A stretch of 64,000 nt of DNA from Neoconidiobolus thromboides FSU 785 (Eukaryota; Fungi; Entomophthoromycota). The notes under the pieces were generated by a model. That model had not been told where the DNA came from. It saw nothing but the letters and a program-made list of their open reading frames with translations, and ran no database searches. A program made the translations under genes and the position numbers. Shown one piece after another: positions 36,468 through 49,305 of this stretch. The first letter of the stretch is position 1. Every line of letters starts with the position of its first letter. Location: positions 143,882 through 207,881 of the forward strand of contig MU626270.1 of NCBI GenBank assembly GCA_025603075.1, given 5' to 3'.

Positions 36468-36936
36468 ATTTGTTTGATTAAGATTATTTGATTAAAAGAT
36501 AATTATTTGGTATATTCTAAGTATTTACATGAACATCTCACCTATACTTAAAATAATTTGTTTTTGTATTAAGCTATTATAGTACAAATAATATACATCT
36601 TTATAAAAAGTAAATTAAAATTTGTTTTTGTATGAAATATGTCGTCAAAACTAGATAGTGGCTCTTTTTGAAATTTTGATTTTTCGATCAAACTTGTTGA
36701 AGTTTTACATATTTCACTTTGAATAATACTTTCAAGTATCAATTAATAAACTCCAAGCATCAAATGATATTGAATTAAAAATTTTAAAACGGTAAACATT
36801 AACTGTGTAAAGCAACTTTAAACCAATAAAAAGTAATCATATTCAATATTAAAATTTTAAGCCAATAGGACAATTGTAGCCACATTACAAATAATCCACT
36901 TAAAATTTTTTACACTTTTATTTTTTAAATAGTAAC

Positions 36937-38090
36937 ATGACAAACCAACTTGTATTTAGTATCGAAGGAAAAGGCTTGAAATTTGATAACGTTGAACTTA
37001 TTCAGCCCCATCTTGATGAGTTAAACAAACTTGAAAAAGTAGAAACTATCGTTCTTTCAGGTAATACGCTTGGTGTTGAAGCTGCTAAAGCCTTTGCCGA
37101 GGTTTTAAAGACTAAACAGCATATTAAGGTATTTTACAATTTTGATTTTATTATACAATTTAATCGTGTAAGGTTTTGAACCTTAGTGATATTTTTACTG
37201 GACGTTTACGCTCAGAAATCCCCCCTGCTCTAATTGCTATATGTGATGCAATTGTAGATAAAGAACATTTAATTGAACTGAACTTAAGTGATAATGCTTT
37301 CGGTCCTGCTGGTGCTGAACCTCTAGTTAACTTCTTAGTTAATAACAAAGCTTTACAAGTCCTTAAACTCAATAATAATGGCTTAGGAGTTAGCGGTGGA
37401 ACTTTTATTGCTCATGCACTTATCAAAGCTGCTGAAGAAAAAGCAGCTAAAAAATTGCCTACCACTTTAAAGACTTTCATTGCTGGGCGTAATCGTTTAG
37501 AAAATGGCTCATCTGAACTTTTAGCTAAAGCTTTCCAAGCTCATCCCACTTTAGTAGAAGTACGTTTGCCTCAGAATGGCATTCGTCCAGAAGGTGTTAC
37601 TGCCCTTGTAAATGGGTTATCAAAGATTCCCTCCCTTGAAATTTTTGATTTACAAGATAATACTTTTACAGAGACTGGATCCAAAGTGCTTGCAGCTGCT
37701 CTCGTTAACTGGCCAAAGCTCCGTGTATTAAATGTAGGTGATTGTCTTTTAAAAGCCAAAGGTGGTAAAGTACTTGCGACTGCATTAGCTGAAGCTCGTC
37801 CAGCTAAAATTGAAGAAATTATTTTAACTTATAATGAAATCGACCATGCAGGAGCTATTTTATTAGCAGATAGTTTAAAACATTTTTCAAAATTGAAGAA
37901 GCTCGAACTTAATGGAAATAACTTTGAAGAAGATTCTGAAGCTTCAGAGAAAATCAAAGAAGCATTGGAAACAATTAATGCAGCTGACGCTTTGGGATCC
38001 TTATCCGACATGGAAATATTGTCAGACGAAGAAGACGAGGATGATGAAATTGATGAATTGACTGAAAGAATTTCAAAGTTAGAAACATAA
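36937..38090 (+). CDS. RNA1: Ran GTPase-activating protein (2 exons)
   Basis: LSGNTLGVEAA, (N)LSDIFTGRLRSEIPPAL, LSDNAFGPAG, GRNRLENGS, LPQNGIRPEG, LRVLNVGDCLL and an acidic tail. Confidence 0.95.
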
Positions 38091-38607
38091 TCATCAGCAC
38101 TCCATGAGCTCCTGTGTTATTGCATCTCTTGTTATTTGTATAAAATTTTTAACTTTTATGTTCGAGTTTTTGAATTATTTTTATTGCATTAATAATTATA
38201 ACTAATAGTAACAATAGCGTGAAATTGATAGTAGTAGTATAGTAAAATTAACATAGATTTTATTTAATTAACTAACATAAAGATCGTCGAGATAGGCATC
38301 CTAATTACAGGCTATCAACATATAAAAGTATATAGTATCATAATTGACGATAATATGCAATCCGAAATCCTTAATAACTTATAAAAGAAACGTCATAATC
38401 CAAATTGCTTATAGTGATAATAAATCAAAATAAGCAAAAAATGAAACTTTTCATAATATCAATAATTCAATTCAAGAAACATGGTAATTAATTTTATATC
38501 AAAGTATTAAGCCAAGCCAATATTCTTAGACCAAAAATAGTAAAGAATGACCCACATATACTGTAAAAGTTAAGTTATATCAACTATTCGGATCTAATTA
38601 TATATAT

Positions 38608-39312
38608 CTAATTCTTTACAACACCAACTTGTGCTGGCCTTATTACTCTCCCATTCAAAGTATAACCTACTTTTTCAACAGCGAGGATGGTATCAGACTC
38701 TTTTCCTGGAACTGGTGCTTTATAGAGAGCTTGATGCATGTTAGGATCGAAAGGTTCTCCGACAGGGTTAATAGGTAACACACCATGGTTTTTTAAGGTC
38801 TTTAAGAGCTCAGTTTGAGTCATTGAGACACCAACGTGGAAGTCAGAAACAACCTTGGAACTTTCAATTTGTTCTTTACCTACAGATTTCAAAGCCATTT
38901 CCAAAATATCAACGGTGGATAACAAGTCTTTAACAAATTTTTGTAAGGCAAAGTTGGTGGCGTTTTCCATATCTTTTTTGGTACGTTGACGAAGATTCTC
39001 CATATCAGCTAAACTTCTTAAGTAATGATCCTATTACGATTAGTTTTAGTCGAAATGTTATAACTATTGTATTACCTTAATTTCAGCAATTTGTTTTTCT
39101 TTTTCTTTGATTAACTCAGCTACCTTTTCGGATGTTTCTTCTTTGGCTTCCTCTTTAGTGGCCTCTTCAGCTTTTTTTCCATTTACATTATTTTCCTCAA
39201 TTTTTAAAAATCTGGAGTATTGGATACTACGGGATTGATTGGCACGTAATGAGGCGGAAGGCATCAATCCTTTTTTAAGGATTGGACGGAATAATAAGTT
39301 CATACGATTCAT
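38608..39312 (-). CDS. MGE1: Mitochondrial GrpE nucleotide exchange factor (2 exons)
   Basis: Arg-rich presequence, ADMENLRQRTKKD, FALQKFVKDLL, and GEPFDPNMHQA...KVGYTLNGRVIRPAQVGV. Confidence 0.95.
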
Positions 39313-40093
39313 TTCTATTTTTCTAAAATAAATTTAGTTTTTTGTTAGATTTGACTTTTTATTCAATTTTGAGAATTTTATTCTTAACTAAAGTTGTCCA
39401 GAATCAAGAAGATTTATGGGAGCTTAATTTTCTTTGCAGTAATTTGCAAGGTTTCTTGATTCAGAACATTCTAGCTGTAGCTTTTAAATTACATTCTTGA
39501 AAATCAAAATCTAAAAGCTATCATCAATATTATTATGATCAGCAAGGATTAGTTAGAAATATGTTGTAACCAATTTCAAAGAATCAGTATAAAAAATGTA
39601 CTAGCTATTATATAATTTGTAATACAATAATAGTTAAAATTGCAGTAAAAATAATAAACTTCGATTTTTATTTATTTGTAGATTAAGTTTCAAAATTTAT
39701 GAATTTACTATTTTCTCTAAAATAATTATAATTATACAGAAAATTGATAACTTATAAAGTATGATAATTAAGGTAATACTGGTTTTTGAAACTTTTAGAT
39801 TTTTTTTATTAAATTCTGTTTTAACTATCTTATAAAAATGTTTATTACATATTGTGAAGGCTTGCTTAAATAATAAAACTATATTAATTATAATGTTTAA
39901 ATATTGTGAATAAAATGCAAAAATAAAAAATAAGGGACACCCTTTAAAACTTATTAAGTTAATTTTATCACTTAGCTATAAGTTATCAAGATTTTAAATA
40001 TTAAATCTTTTAAAATAACCAGATATAAAATTTTATGTCATGTTATGAATTCAATAAAAGGAAACACTTGGAGTAACAATAAGAATAAGTATA

Positions 40094-40192
40094 ATTGAGA
40101 ATGTGTATTTTTTGAGAATTTTATTAATAACCTTTCCACTCAAATAGTGCTTAAAAAATGGGAAAAGTGATGAAGCCAAAAAAACATTGCCA
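40094..40192 (+). mobile_element. MITE-like element copy G (decayed), about 125 bp upstream of the FG-Nup start codon
   Basis: ..GAGAATTTTATTAATAACCTTTCCACTCAAATAGTGCTTAAAAAATGGGAAAAGTGATGAAGCCAAAAAAACAT matches the family core. Confidence 0.75.
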
Positions 40193-40317
40193 TTATAAAG
40201 TTTTAACTAAACTATTTGGCAAAATTCATCAAGTTTTAGACGTTAATTTAATTGGATTAATCTCAAAATGATTACTTTTTTAGTGCTACGCTCAAAAATC
40301 AAATTTTTATTTCTCTA

Positions 40318-42785
40318 ATGTTCACTAACAACAACAGATTTGGATCAAGTAAATAGCTTTTTTAATAAAATCGAGTAAAATTAACAATTTTAAGCATCAG
40401 TAGGATTTTCTGGGACGCCTTCTGGTTTCAATAGTAATAGTTTATTATTATAGCATAATTGTTACTCATAAATTAGATTTAGGAAGTGCAAATCCTTTAG
40501 GTCAAGGTCAAAATCAAAATCAGAATCAAGGTTAGAACATTTTATACACTTTCAAATTAATTTATCATGATTCATAGTTTACAATCAAAATACTGATGTA
40601 AACCAACATAACACACTTTGTCTTTAATTCTTAAATATATATCTAATAACAATTTAGTTCAATATGCGAAGTGCCCTAATTTAACAGGAGATTGGTATGG
40701 AAATGGTTATGGAACTGAGATGGAAGGTCACAAAAGCACTTCTTCGAGAGAATTCAAAGTCAATGATTTATCTATCGCCTCTACAATGTACTTTTCTTCA
40801 ATTATATTTCAAGAAAGATATCTCAAGTTTTCGGAGGATGAATTGAGAATGCAAGATTATATAAATGGACGTGTATTTTCTGAACTTAAAAACAAAAATA
40901 GTAAGTTTATTTTTTATTTTTGATTATACAGTTACTAACAATATCAGTAACTTACCCTAATAATGGAACAAAACTATATGATTATTCAATAGATATTATT
41001 CCTAGTGAGGAAAAAGAGAAAGCATTAAAATATTTTTCGATCGAATTGATGCCTGAATTTAAAGGCTATTCAGTGGATGAGTTAAGAATGGTAGATTACA
41101 AAAATGGATATATCTTCCGTGGTGACCAAATAAATAATAAAGCTATCACCTCAACTGGAACTGCAACAGGGACTGGATTCAATAGAAGTCAAAGTGTAGG
41201 CCTAACCCAAACTTCAGCAGGTAGTGGATTTAATTTTGGACAAAATACTGGAACTTCAGGTTTTGGGCAAACCATTGGTACCAGCAGCACATTCGGACAA
41301 AATGCTGGAACTGGGGGTTTAGGTCAAACTTCAACTGGATTTAATTTTGGACAAAATACTGCAGCTAAAAACATTGGTCAAACATCAAGCTCTGGGTTTA
41401 ATTTTGGACAGAATACTGGAGTAGGAGGATTTGGGCAAAGTAATACAGCTGGTGGATTTGGACAGAATACTGTAACCAGTGGATTCGGGCAGAAGACAGG
41501 AACTACTGGATTCGGGCAAAATACTGCAACTAGCGGATTTGGGCAAAGTAGTGCAGCTGGTGGATTTGGGCAAAATACTGCAACCAGTGGATTTGGACAG
41601 AATACTGCAACCAATGGGTTTGGGCAGAAGACAGGGACTAGTGTACTTGGTCAAAGTGCTGGAACTGGTTTATTTGGTCAAAATACTGGAGCTAGTGCAC
41701 TTGGACAAAATACAGGTATTAATAATTCATTCGGCCAAAATACCGCAACTACTCTACTTGGAAAAGGTGCTGGAACTACAGGCTTTGGACAAAATCTAGG
41801 AACTAACACACTTGGTCAAACTTCAACCCCTGGTCTTAACTTTGGGCAAAACAATGGAGCTACCAACTTAGGCCAAACTTCAACAAGTTCTGGGTTTAAC
41901 TTCGGACAAAATACCACAGCCAGTGGATTTGGGCAAAAAACAGGCGCTAATATACTTGGACAAAATACTGGTACTAGCGTACTTGGGCAAAATACTGGGA
42001 CTGGTCTGTTTGGACAGAAGACGGGCACTAGCACACTTGGGCAAACTCCTGGAACTGGTGTGCTTGGACAAAGCACTGGAACTAGCATATTTGGACAAAA
42101 TACTGGGCTTACAAATTTTGGCCAAAAGATTGCACCAGCACAGAATGCTTTTAACTCGCAATCAACTATCTCCGGGATTGGCACTAATCTTGGGAATGCT
42201 AGTAATTTATTTAGAGGCCAACAACCTGGCTTAAATACATCGGTTCAAAATAACAATTCTAACCTCCCAGTTTACAGCCTTGCCTCTGAATTTAATCCAT
42301 TTGGAAATATAGCTGTTTTGGAGAATGCTAAGCCAGTACCCAAAAAGGAGGTCAAGCAAGATGAGAGATTAGCTCTTAATAAGGACCTCATAGCGACAAT
42401 GTTCGATAGCAAAGAATTTATAGGAGATATAGATCCAAGGCCATCCATTTCTCTCGATCATAAACCTACTGTGTTGAATAGCCAGCCTGGTCTTTTACAT
42501 AAAGAGAGCACAATAATTCCTGAAAAACCTTGGACTTCTGAGCATAATGACGATCCCAAGGATACCTCTCTTAAAGGTCCCTCAAAGGTTACTCCTGTAA
42601 TTTCTATTGATAAAGACAAATTCGTTGATTTGTTTTCACGTGATGGATTTTTAGCTAAAGACGTCCCTTTACCTGAAGCAGCATACCCTGTTTCAACGGA
42701 TAATACAAGTACAAATATAGTCAGAAAAACAGTTAGCGTCAAAGAAACTCTAAAAGAGTTGTACGTCTCAGATGACGAATCTTAA
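40318..42785 (+). CDS. FG/GLFG-repeat Nup98/Nup116-like protein with two GLEBS motifs and no autoproteolytic domain (multi-exon)
   Basis: Short 5' FG exons (MFTNNNRFGS..GFSGTPSGFN), GLEBS-1 FSSIIFQERYLKFSEDELRMQDYINGR, GLEBS-2 YFSIELMPEFKGYSVDELRMVDYKNG, dozens of (F/L)GQ(N/K/S)T repeats including two GLFG, then NPFGN and a stop at 42785. The 5' splice pattern is partly uncertain. Confidence 0.8.
41220..42125 (+). repeat. Coding minisatellite of roughly 27-36-bp units encoding FGQNT-type repeats
   Basis: Near-identical units, for example ggatttggacagaatactgtaaccagt (41454) and ggatttggacagaatactgcaaccaat (41589). Confidence 0.9.
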
Positions 42786-43192
42786 CTTGATGAACATAAA
42801 ATCAAAATAAAATATTGCTATTAAATCATTATCATTTTGACTTTAATTTTATAATTGAAGAGAGCAAATAATGAACTACATATACCTTTTGATAATAAAT
42901 AACATGAAAAAGTTGGAATAAAATAGCCTTTAATATTACATTAGCGTAAGTAAGAAATATAGTTATACTATTAGTTCAACAAAGTAATGATTTTAGTTTT
43001 ATAGTTTATTACTATTATTCACTTTTATGATAGTGTAGCTTTTACTTTTTATTTACAGCAATTAAAATTTGGAATTTGATTTGTGAACTTTAGAATCAAA
43101 TAAACCAAAAGTTCTAGAAGACAAAATTTTATCTTTTTATTCAAACAAAATTACTGTATATTTATTTACATTTGCAGTAGTTAATAAATAAG

Positions 43193-44691
43193 ATGGCCCA
43201 ATATTCTTTAAAGGAGATTGAAGTAGGTGACAAGATTATTAAAATTTAGAACTTGGCTTTAACCCATTCAGAGTCGCTTAGGAAATGATTCCATTATTAT
43301 AGACAGATTAATTGAAGCTATACCAACTAATATCTATAAGCTTGGAACTTCTGGAGGACCCGCTGCTGTAAGTTTTTTTATGATTAATTCGATTGAAGCT
43401 AATTAAGGTAGGCTCCTAAGCAACTTGCTCAAAAAAGCAAGAATTCTAAACCAGATAACAATAAATCTTCTAACGCTCAAAAGGTTTTAAGCTATTCTTC
43501 GACAAAAACAATATTAACTCAAAGTTTAGGCGGCCAAAGAAGAGAAGAAAAACAAAAACAACAAGGATAATGCTAAAAGTAAAAAAAGAAAGACAGTTGA
43601 TGTGAAAAAAGAAGAGTCAGATAATGAAGATGAGGACCTAGATAACGATGCAATCGAATTTAACGAAAATGAACAAGAAGGTAAAGGATAGTTTCCAGAC
43701 AGTATATAATATCTAAATAAATTTTTAGAGGTAACTGACAAACCAGTTGTAGATATAAAAAAAAAGGAGGAGTTGCGGGAACAATTAAAAAAGATGATCG
43801 AGTCAAAGAGACAAGAACGTAAAGCAGAGGATCCAAAAAAAGTGGCAAAGAAAAGAGAATCAAAAACTAAAGATAAGAAGAAGGAAAAAGAAGATAAAAA
43901 AAGAAAGATCAATACCACGATTGTACCTGAAAGAGTAAGTTATTTAATTGAATCAAATGGGTTGATTAAAACTATGTTTAGGTTGTAGTTAATGAGGCTG
44001 AATTATTCAAAAACGTAATTTTTCTTATCAATATTGAGGTCATTAACTTTGATTTAGAGTTCAATTAAGTCCGCTGATTCTATTGTAGAAAACGCTCCTA
44101 TTTCATTTAGTAAATTTGAATTTGAAGGAGTACAATATAAGAAAAAAGGCCCGAGTACAGCACATAACCTTCTCCAAAAAGTAATATTACTAGTATATAT
44201 CAGAGGACAAAATAATAACAATTTAGGTTGAATCAGAGAAAAGCAAGATAGAAAAGGTTATGCAAGAGGATAAAGAAAAGGTAGTCAAAAATTTTGAATT
44301 ATATCATAACTAAAATATAATTAAAGGCCAGTGCATTGATTGAAAAAAACAATTGGAAAAAGGCACTTCAATTAGCAAATGGAGAAAAAGTCAAAGACGA
44401 TCCAAAGCTCCTTAAAAAAACAATAAAGAGACAACAACAAATTAAGAATAAAAGTAGTAAAGAATGGTAATAAATTTAAGCATACTGTTAAATCTTACTT
44501 AAATCAAAATTAGGAGTGATCGTAAGACTAAAGTTAAAGATGATGAGGCAACAAAACAATCTAAACGTACTGCAAATCTTCAAAAACGTATTGATGCTAA
44601 AAAGAATAAACGCTTGGGTATCAAACCTAAAAAAGAAGCCTTTAAGCCAAAAAGCGGTGGTAACAAATTTAAAGGAAAGAACAAGAAATAA
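43193..44691 (+). CDS. RRP14: Ribosome biogenesis protein Rrp14/SURF6 (multi-exon)
   Basis: N-terminal IIDRLIEAIPTNIY (RRP14 domain), a Lys/Glu-rich middle, and the SURF6 block DDPKLLKKTIKRQQQIKNKSSKEW..RTANLQKR. Confidence 0.88.
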
Positions 44692-45119
44692 GTTTTAGGT
44701 AGAAGATAGATCCAAATACTGACATATAATCAAATATAAACCCATACTTATCATAGATAGATTTAATTAAAAGAATAAAGTTGATGACTTCTTGACATTA
44801 TTTAGTTTAAAAAAATTTTAAAATTAGACTAGCTATGATAGATTAAAATAAAAATAGATATATTTTATTAGCTGTTTAAGTAAATTAAGTTAGACCAGCT
44901 GTGATAGATCAAAGGTTTAAAAATAAAATAGATATAGTTCCTAGCGAACAGTATACGTAAGGGGAAAAAAGAAATCATTTAATTAGTAGAAAAATAGTTG
45001 AAATTTTAAGTTGCTATCCTATTTAAAACTTTAAATATTTAATGAAATATCATTCCTTACATTGAATATTTTCATTTAATAAAGTCAACTTGGATTATTA
45101 ATTAAGCACTAATTACAGT

Positions 45120-48100
45120 TTATATTTCGTTCGAGAGAGCTTCATCCTCAATCAAGTCGTCTTCTACTTGAGGTGATTCTATAAAACTATAATTAAATAA
45201 AAAACAATATCAGTAAAATTGAATATTACCTCTAAGTCTTTCTTCCAGTCGAACTAATTCTGGCGGTGCGCTAGATTTATAAATTAATGAGTTTCTGTTA
45301 GAGCGTTTCTTTTTCAAAAGTTTGATGGTTGGTGATAACGCAACGAAAGGTTCCTCAGATGGTAAAGTTGGTGAATCTTCTGGATTGTTATTTCGATCTT
45401 CTGATGTTTCTGGAGTTTCTTCAATTTCTAATGGGGCCATAAATGTAAATCCGCGCCTAGATGTATCAATACGGATTTGTGATCTTGCAACTGCAGGGGC
45501 TAAATAAGAAGTATCACTATAAGCTGATGTTGGTCGTACATCTGATGTTTCTGAAAATAATGGATTAGGCCCAGACATCATTGCTTTATCATGGTCCACA
45601 GTAGAATCCTTTTGAAGCGAAGGGTATAAGACCTTTGCCATTTCAGCATTATTATCAGCTGACATTGTTCTACGGTGATTCGATTTTTTTTTAGATGAGT
45701 TTTCGTAGCTATCATGTTCAGGGAATCTAGGCACATTGTTTATTGGAATTCCTACCACGTTAGTACTATCTTTACTCGTATCTTTTTGAAGGGCTATCGT
45801 GGAAGAGTTTTTAGATTCATAATCTAAATTGGAGGTGTTGGTGGTCATCGAGTCTGAAGGTATATCAGTTAATTCTTCATCCTCAGAAACTTCTAACGGT
45901 GCTGCACTTCCTGCAGAATCGACAAAAAATACATATTTGAATTCAGCTATTAATAAACTAAAAACACCAGCTGGTATTCCTAAGGTTGGTGCAAATACAA
46001 TCGCAATATTACGGATATTCATCTTGTTAGTTTCTGAATCTTGGATAACAGTCATCAAATGTCCTATAAGGGCTCGTAATAAAGTATAATTTTCAATAGG
46101 AAGAGAACAGATCAATCTCCCAAGCTCACTCACTCTTTCCTTTCTAGAAAGAAGATCTAAAAATTACAATTATTTAATTCTCTAAATACAAATATTAATT
46201 GTAATTACCAGTAATTTGTAAGAAATCACGGTGGAGTTCAGCAGTTAAAACGGTAGAGGGAAGTTCTCTGAGATAAAGTTTAAGTAAACCAGCAACGGCA
46301 TGGACATCATAGTAAACGCCTGAATCTAAAAGTGGATAATCTCCTTCGGTATCAAACTTCGTCTTTAATGTTCTGATCGTAGCTGAGCTTCCAGAAAGTC
46401 GATAAATACCCTCTTCTTTATGAGCTTCTTTAGCATCGAGGTATTGTATACAACGATAAACAACCGAGGGGAGTTCATAGCCTTCTGAAACTTTAGAGGC
46501 TAATACGCTTTGTGATAATGGCACTCCAAATACTGGTAATTGTGGAGCTTTTGACTTTACGTTTTCAGATGAAAACATTTTTTTATTCCAAAAGAACTGC
46601 TTAAACCCTTTCTCTTTTGAAACTGGTGAATCTCTCTCATCTTTCTTCTGTATAATTGAAGATACAATCGACCCTATAGCTTCTGTTTTAACCTTAGAGT
46701 TTGATCTGTTTTTCGATTTTGATGGAATGACTAAGTCATTAGGTTTAGATTTTTCAGTTGGACTAGCAACTGTAGGCAAAGTGGAGGTGTTCTTAAATGC
46801 GGATTGCTCTGGAGCGTCTTTTGGAATACCAACTGAATTTGACTGTGATGGATCAGTAGCTGAAGCCATAGAAGTAGCTGTGGGAGACAAATTTGTGTTA
46901 AAATAACCTTCATTAGACTCTTCAGGAGAAACTGCTTCAGAGAGACTAGAAAGTGAGGCATTATTATTTGAAGATATGTCTAATATAGGTGAAAGCTCTG
47001 ACTCGGATTGGGTACTGAAATCTCTCTTAAGATAAAAAGATATAGCTTCAACCCATTCATCTCTTTCCTGGTCACTATCAGCACATAAGACATGTCTATT
47101 CATTGTAGTAGAAGCTTTCTTAGGTTCAAGGATCATAAAGGCATGTCTAAATGCATCAGAAGTGGTTGCATCAGGCTCATATTCGGAACTTGATGTATGC
47201 TGAACAGCAACTTGAGCTTGTTGTAATGTTATTGATCCAAGTCTTTGGCCATTTTTCTTCAGAAGATATTAATTTAAAATGCTAAAGTAGTCAAAATTAG
47301 TTTACCGATTCAAAGTATTCAAGAATACTAGACTTGAGAACAAAATATCTTCTCTTCCATTTTCCAAAGTTTTTGCCTCGCTTAATCAAATACCCTTCCT
47401 TCATACCTTTAATCTAAAAGAATTATAAGTTATAAGAGAACAACTATAAGGTTATTACTTTGTTTGATTCAATATTTTCGACTCGGCCCGAGTTAATAAA
47501 ATCGCTAACAAAATTTGGCAATTGCCTGTTACTATCAATAGCACTTTGTAAGTAAGTTTGAAGTGCAAGCTAACATATATTAGATAAAAAGTGTATTTTT
47601 ATAAACTACAAATTACCTTTCTTTGGTCAATTTTTGAAGGGGAAATAGTATTCAGAGACTTCTTTTCTGGGAGCTTGATTGCATTGGATTTGGTATAGCT
47701 TGGAGATGCTTTTAACTAAATGGTGTAAATATTACAAATATACAGCATATTATATATACTACCTTAGAGTCCAAATCTAAAAAATCTGAGAAAAACTTCT
47801 CAATTGTCCATAAATGAATCAAAGGTTGATTAGATGATTTTAAGCTAGGTTTGGCTACTACATCGTTATCATCTTTTTCCATTACTTTATTCACCAAAAT
47901 CCTGAAGGAGAGTACTTCTCTCCCTTTGGAGTTTACGCTCACGGAACTACTTACAACATGGGCAACAATACCATCCAATGATTTTAGATTTTCCACTGAA
48001 GTAATTTGACTGTCAGTATTAAATATCACCTTACTCTCTTTTGGAGCACTCTCCTCGTTGATGTCCACTATTTGGGTTACCTCGAAAGTACCTGTGCTTA

Positions 48101-49305
48101 CATCATTAGAATCGCTTTCAATAGTTTTATGACTTTGGGATTCAACTTGTAAAGAACTCTTCCTTGTTAAAGACTTTTCAATTACTTTGCCACCAGAAGG
48201 TTCGGGCATAGAACGAATAGAGGCAGAGCTTACTTTTTTTGTGACTGGTTCTTGCTTTGATAGTGTTAAATTTTCTATAGGGTTATCTGGAAATTGATCG
48301 GCTGTTGGAGAAGCATTTTCACTTTCAGGCTCTAAATAGAAATCTAGTAATGTATCTTTTATTGTGTCTCTTTTTTTCCTTATATTTAACTTTTTAAAGT
48401 CTTTGTGTGCTTTAAAATCAATTTCTTCATTTTCCAGTGCCAAATTAACTACATTATTACTACTCTCTTTTATATCGAAACTTATTTGATTTTCGTTTAA
48501 ATTCCTTTCGTACAAATCCTTTTCACTTTCTTCCTCAAAAGGAGTAAGTGAAGGCTTTATCGGATCTTTTTGTTTCTTTTGTTTAAGCTCCGAAGGGACA
48601 TCTGAGGGGTTAACTAATAAAAGTCAAAACTTCAATTTTTTTAAAAGAAAAAACATTTACCTTGCCTTGAAAAAACTTTATCTCGAGTTTTTACCTTATT
48701 CTCAACATTTTGAACTTCTAAAATTAATCCAAACTAAAAATCAAAATACAAATAAAAATATAATAAAATTTTATACCTTCCCCGTCATCATTAAAATTCA
48801 ATACCGTTTTGGAACGTGAATGTTTTTGAAAATTTTCTTTGTGGAATCTTGGTTCTTTGTTAACTGATTGACTTCTTAATCTGTTGACTTTATGTTTTGT
48901 GGTAGTTGAACTATCAATTGTTTCTGTTGGTACCACGCTTGCAACAAGATTTCTCGTTAACGATGGAACCTTATTCTTTTCTTTTTCTAAATCTTTGAAC
49001 TCTCTCAATGAAGATGAAGTATTAAGATTTTTATACTCTCCTTCAAACAGCTCTTCCTCAGGGATCTCTTCACCCAATGTTGGAGCTAACGCTTCTTTTT
49101 TAGCCAATGTTTTTTGAAGTTGTTGTATGATCAATCTTTGTTTTTGAATGATCTTCCAAAGTTGTGAGTTTTGAACGGCTAAACTTTCTTTCTCTGATAA
49201 TATTTTGCGAACATAACCTGATACGCTTTCATCTAACGATCTTATATCAATAGCCATACTGTCCTCAGACGGTGAAAGTTGGGGTTCCATAGCCTTTGTG
49301 GACAT
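45120..49305 (-). CDS. BEM3: Bem3-like PX-PH-RhoGAP protein (multi-exon)
   Basis: Coiled coil QNSQLWKIIQKQR; PX (NSKGREVLSFRI..WTIEKFFSDFLDLDSK); PH (KEGYLIKRGKNFGKWKRRYFVL..HVLCADSDQERDEWVEAI); RhoGAP (VFGVPL..EEGIYRLSGSS..DVHAVAGLLKLYLRELP..NKMNIRNIAIVFAPTL). Confidence 0.85.

Noticed and set aside
39394-39468. Imperfect inverted repeat GAATCAAGAA / TTCTTGATTC in the GrpE promoter
   Set aside because: A 10-bp A/T-rich core, single occurrence, plausible by chance.
41378-42742. Repetitive antisense and alternative-frame ORFs (FCPNP repeats) over the FG array
   Set aside because: These are other-frame readings of the FGQNT minisatellite, not separate genes.
44824-44936. Two-copy direct repeat (TTAGACYAGCTRTGATAGAT...AAAATAGATATA) between RRP14 and BEM3
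   Set aside because: A small local tandem duplication in a terminator region with no further copies or structure.
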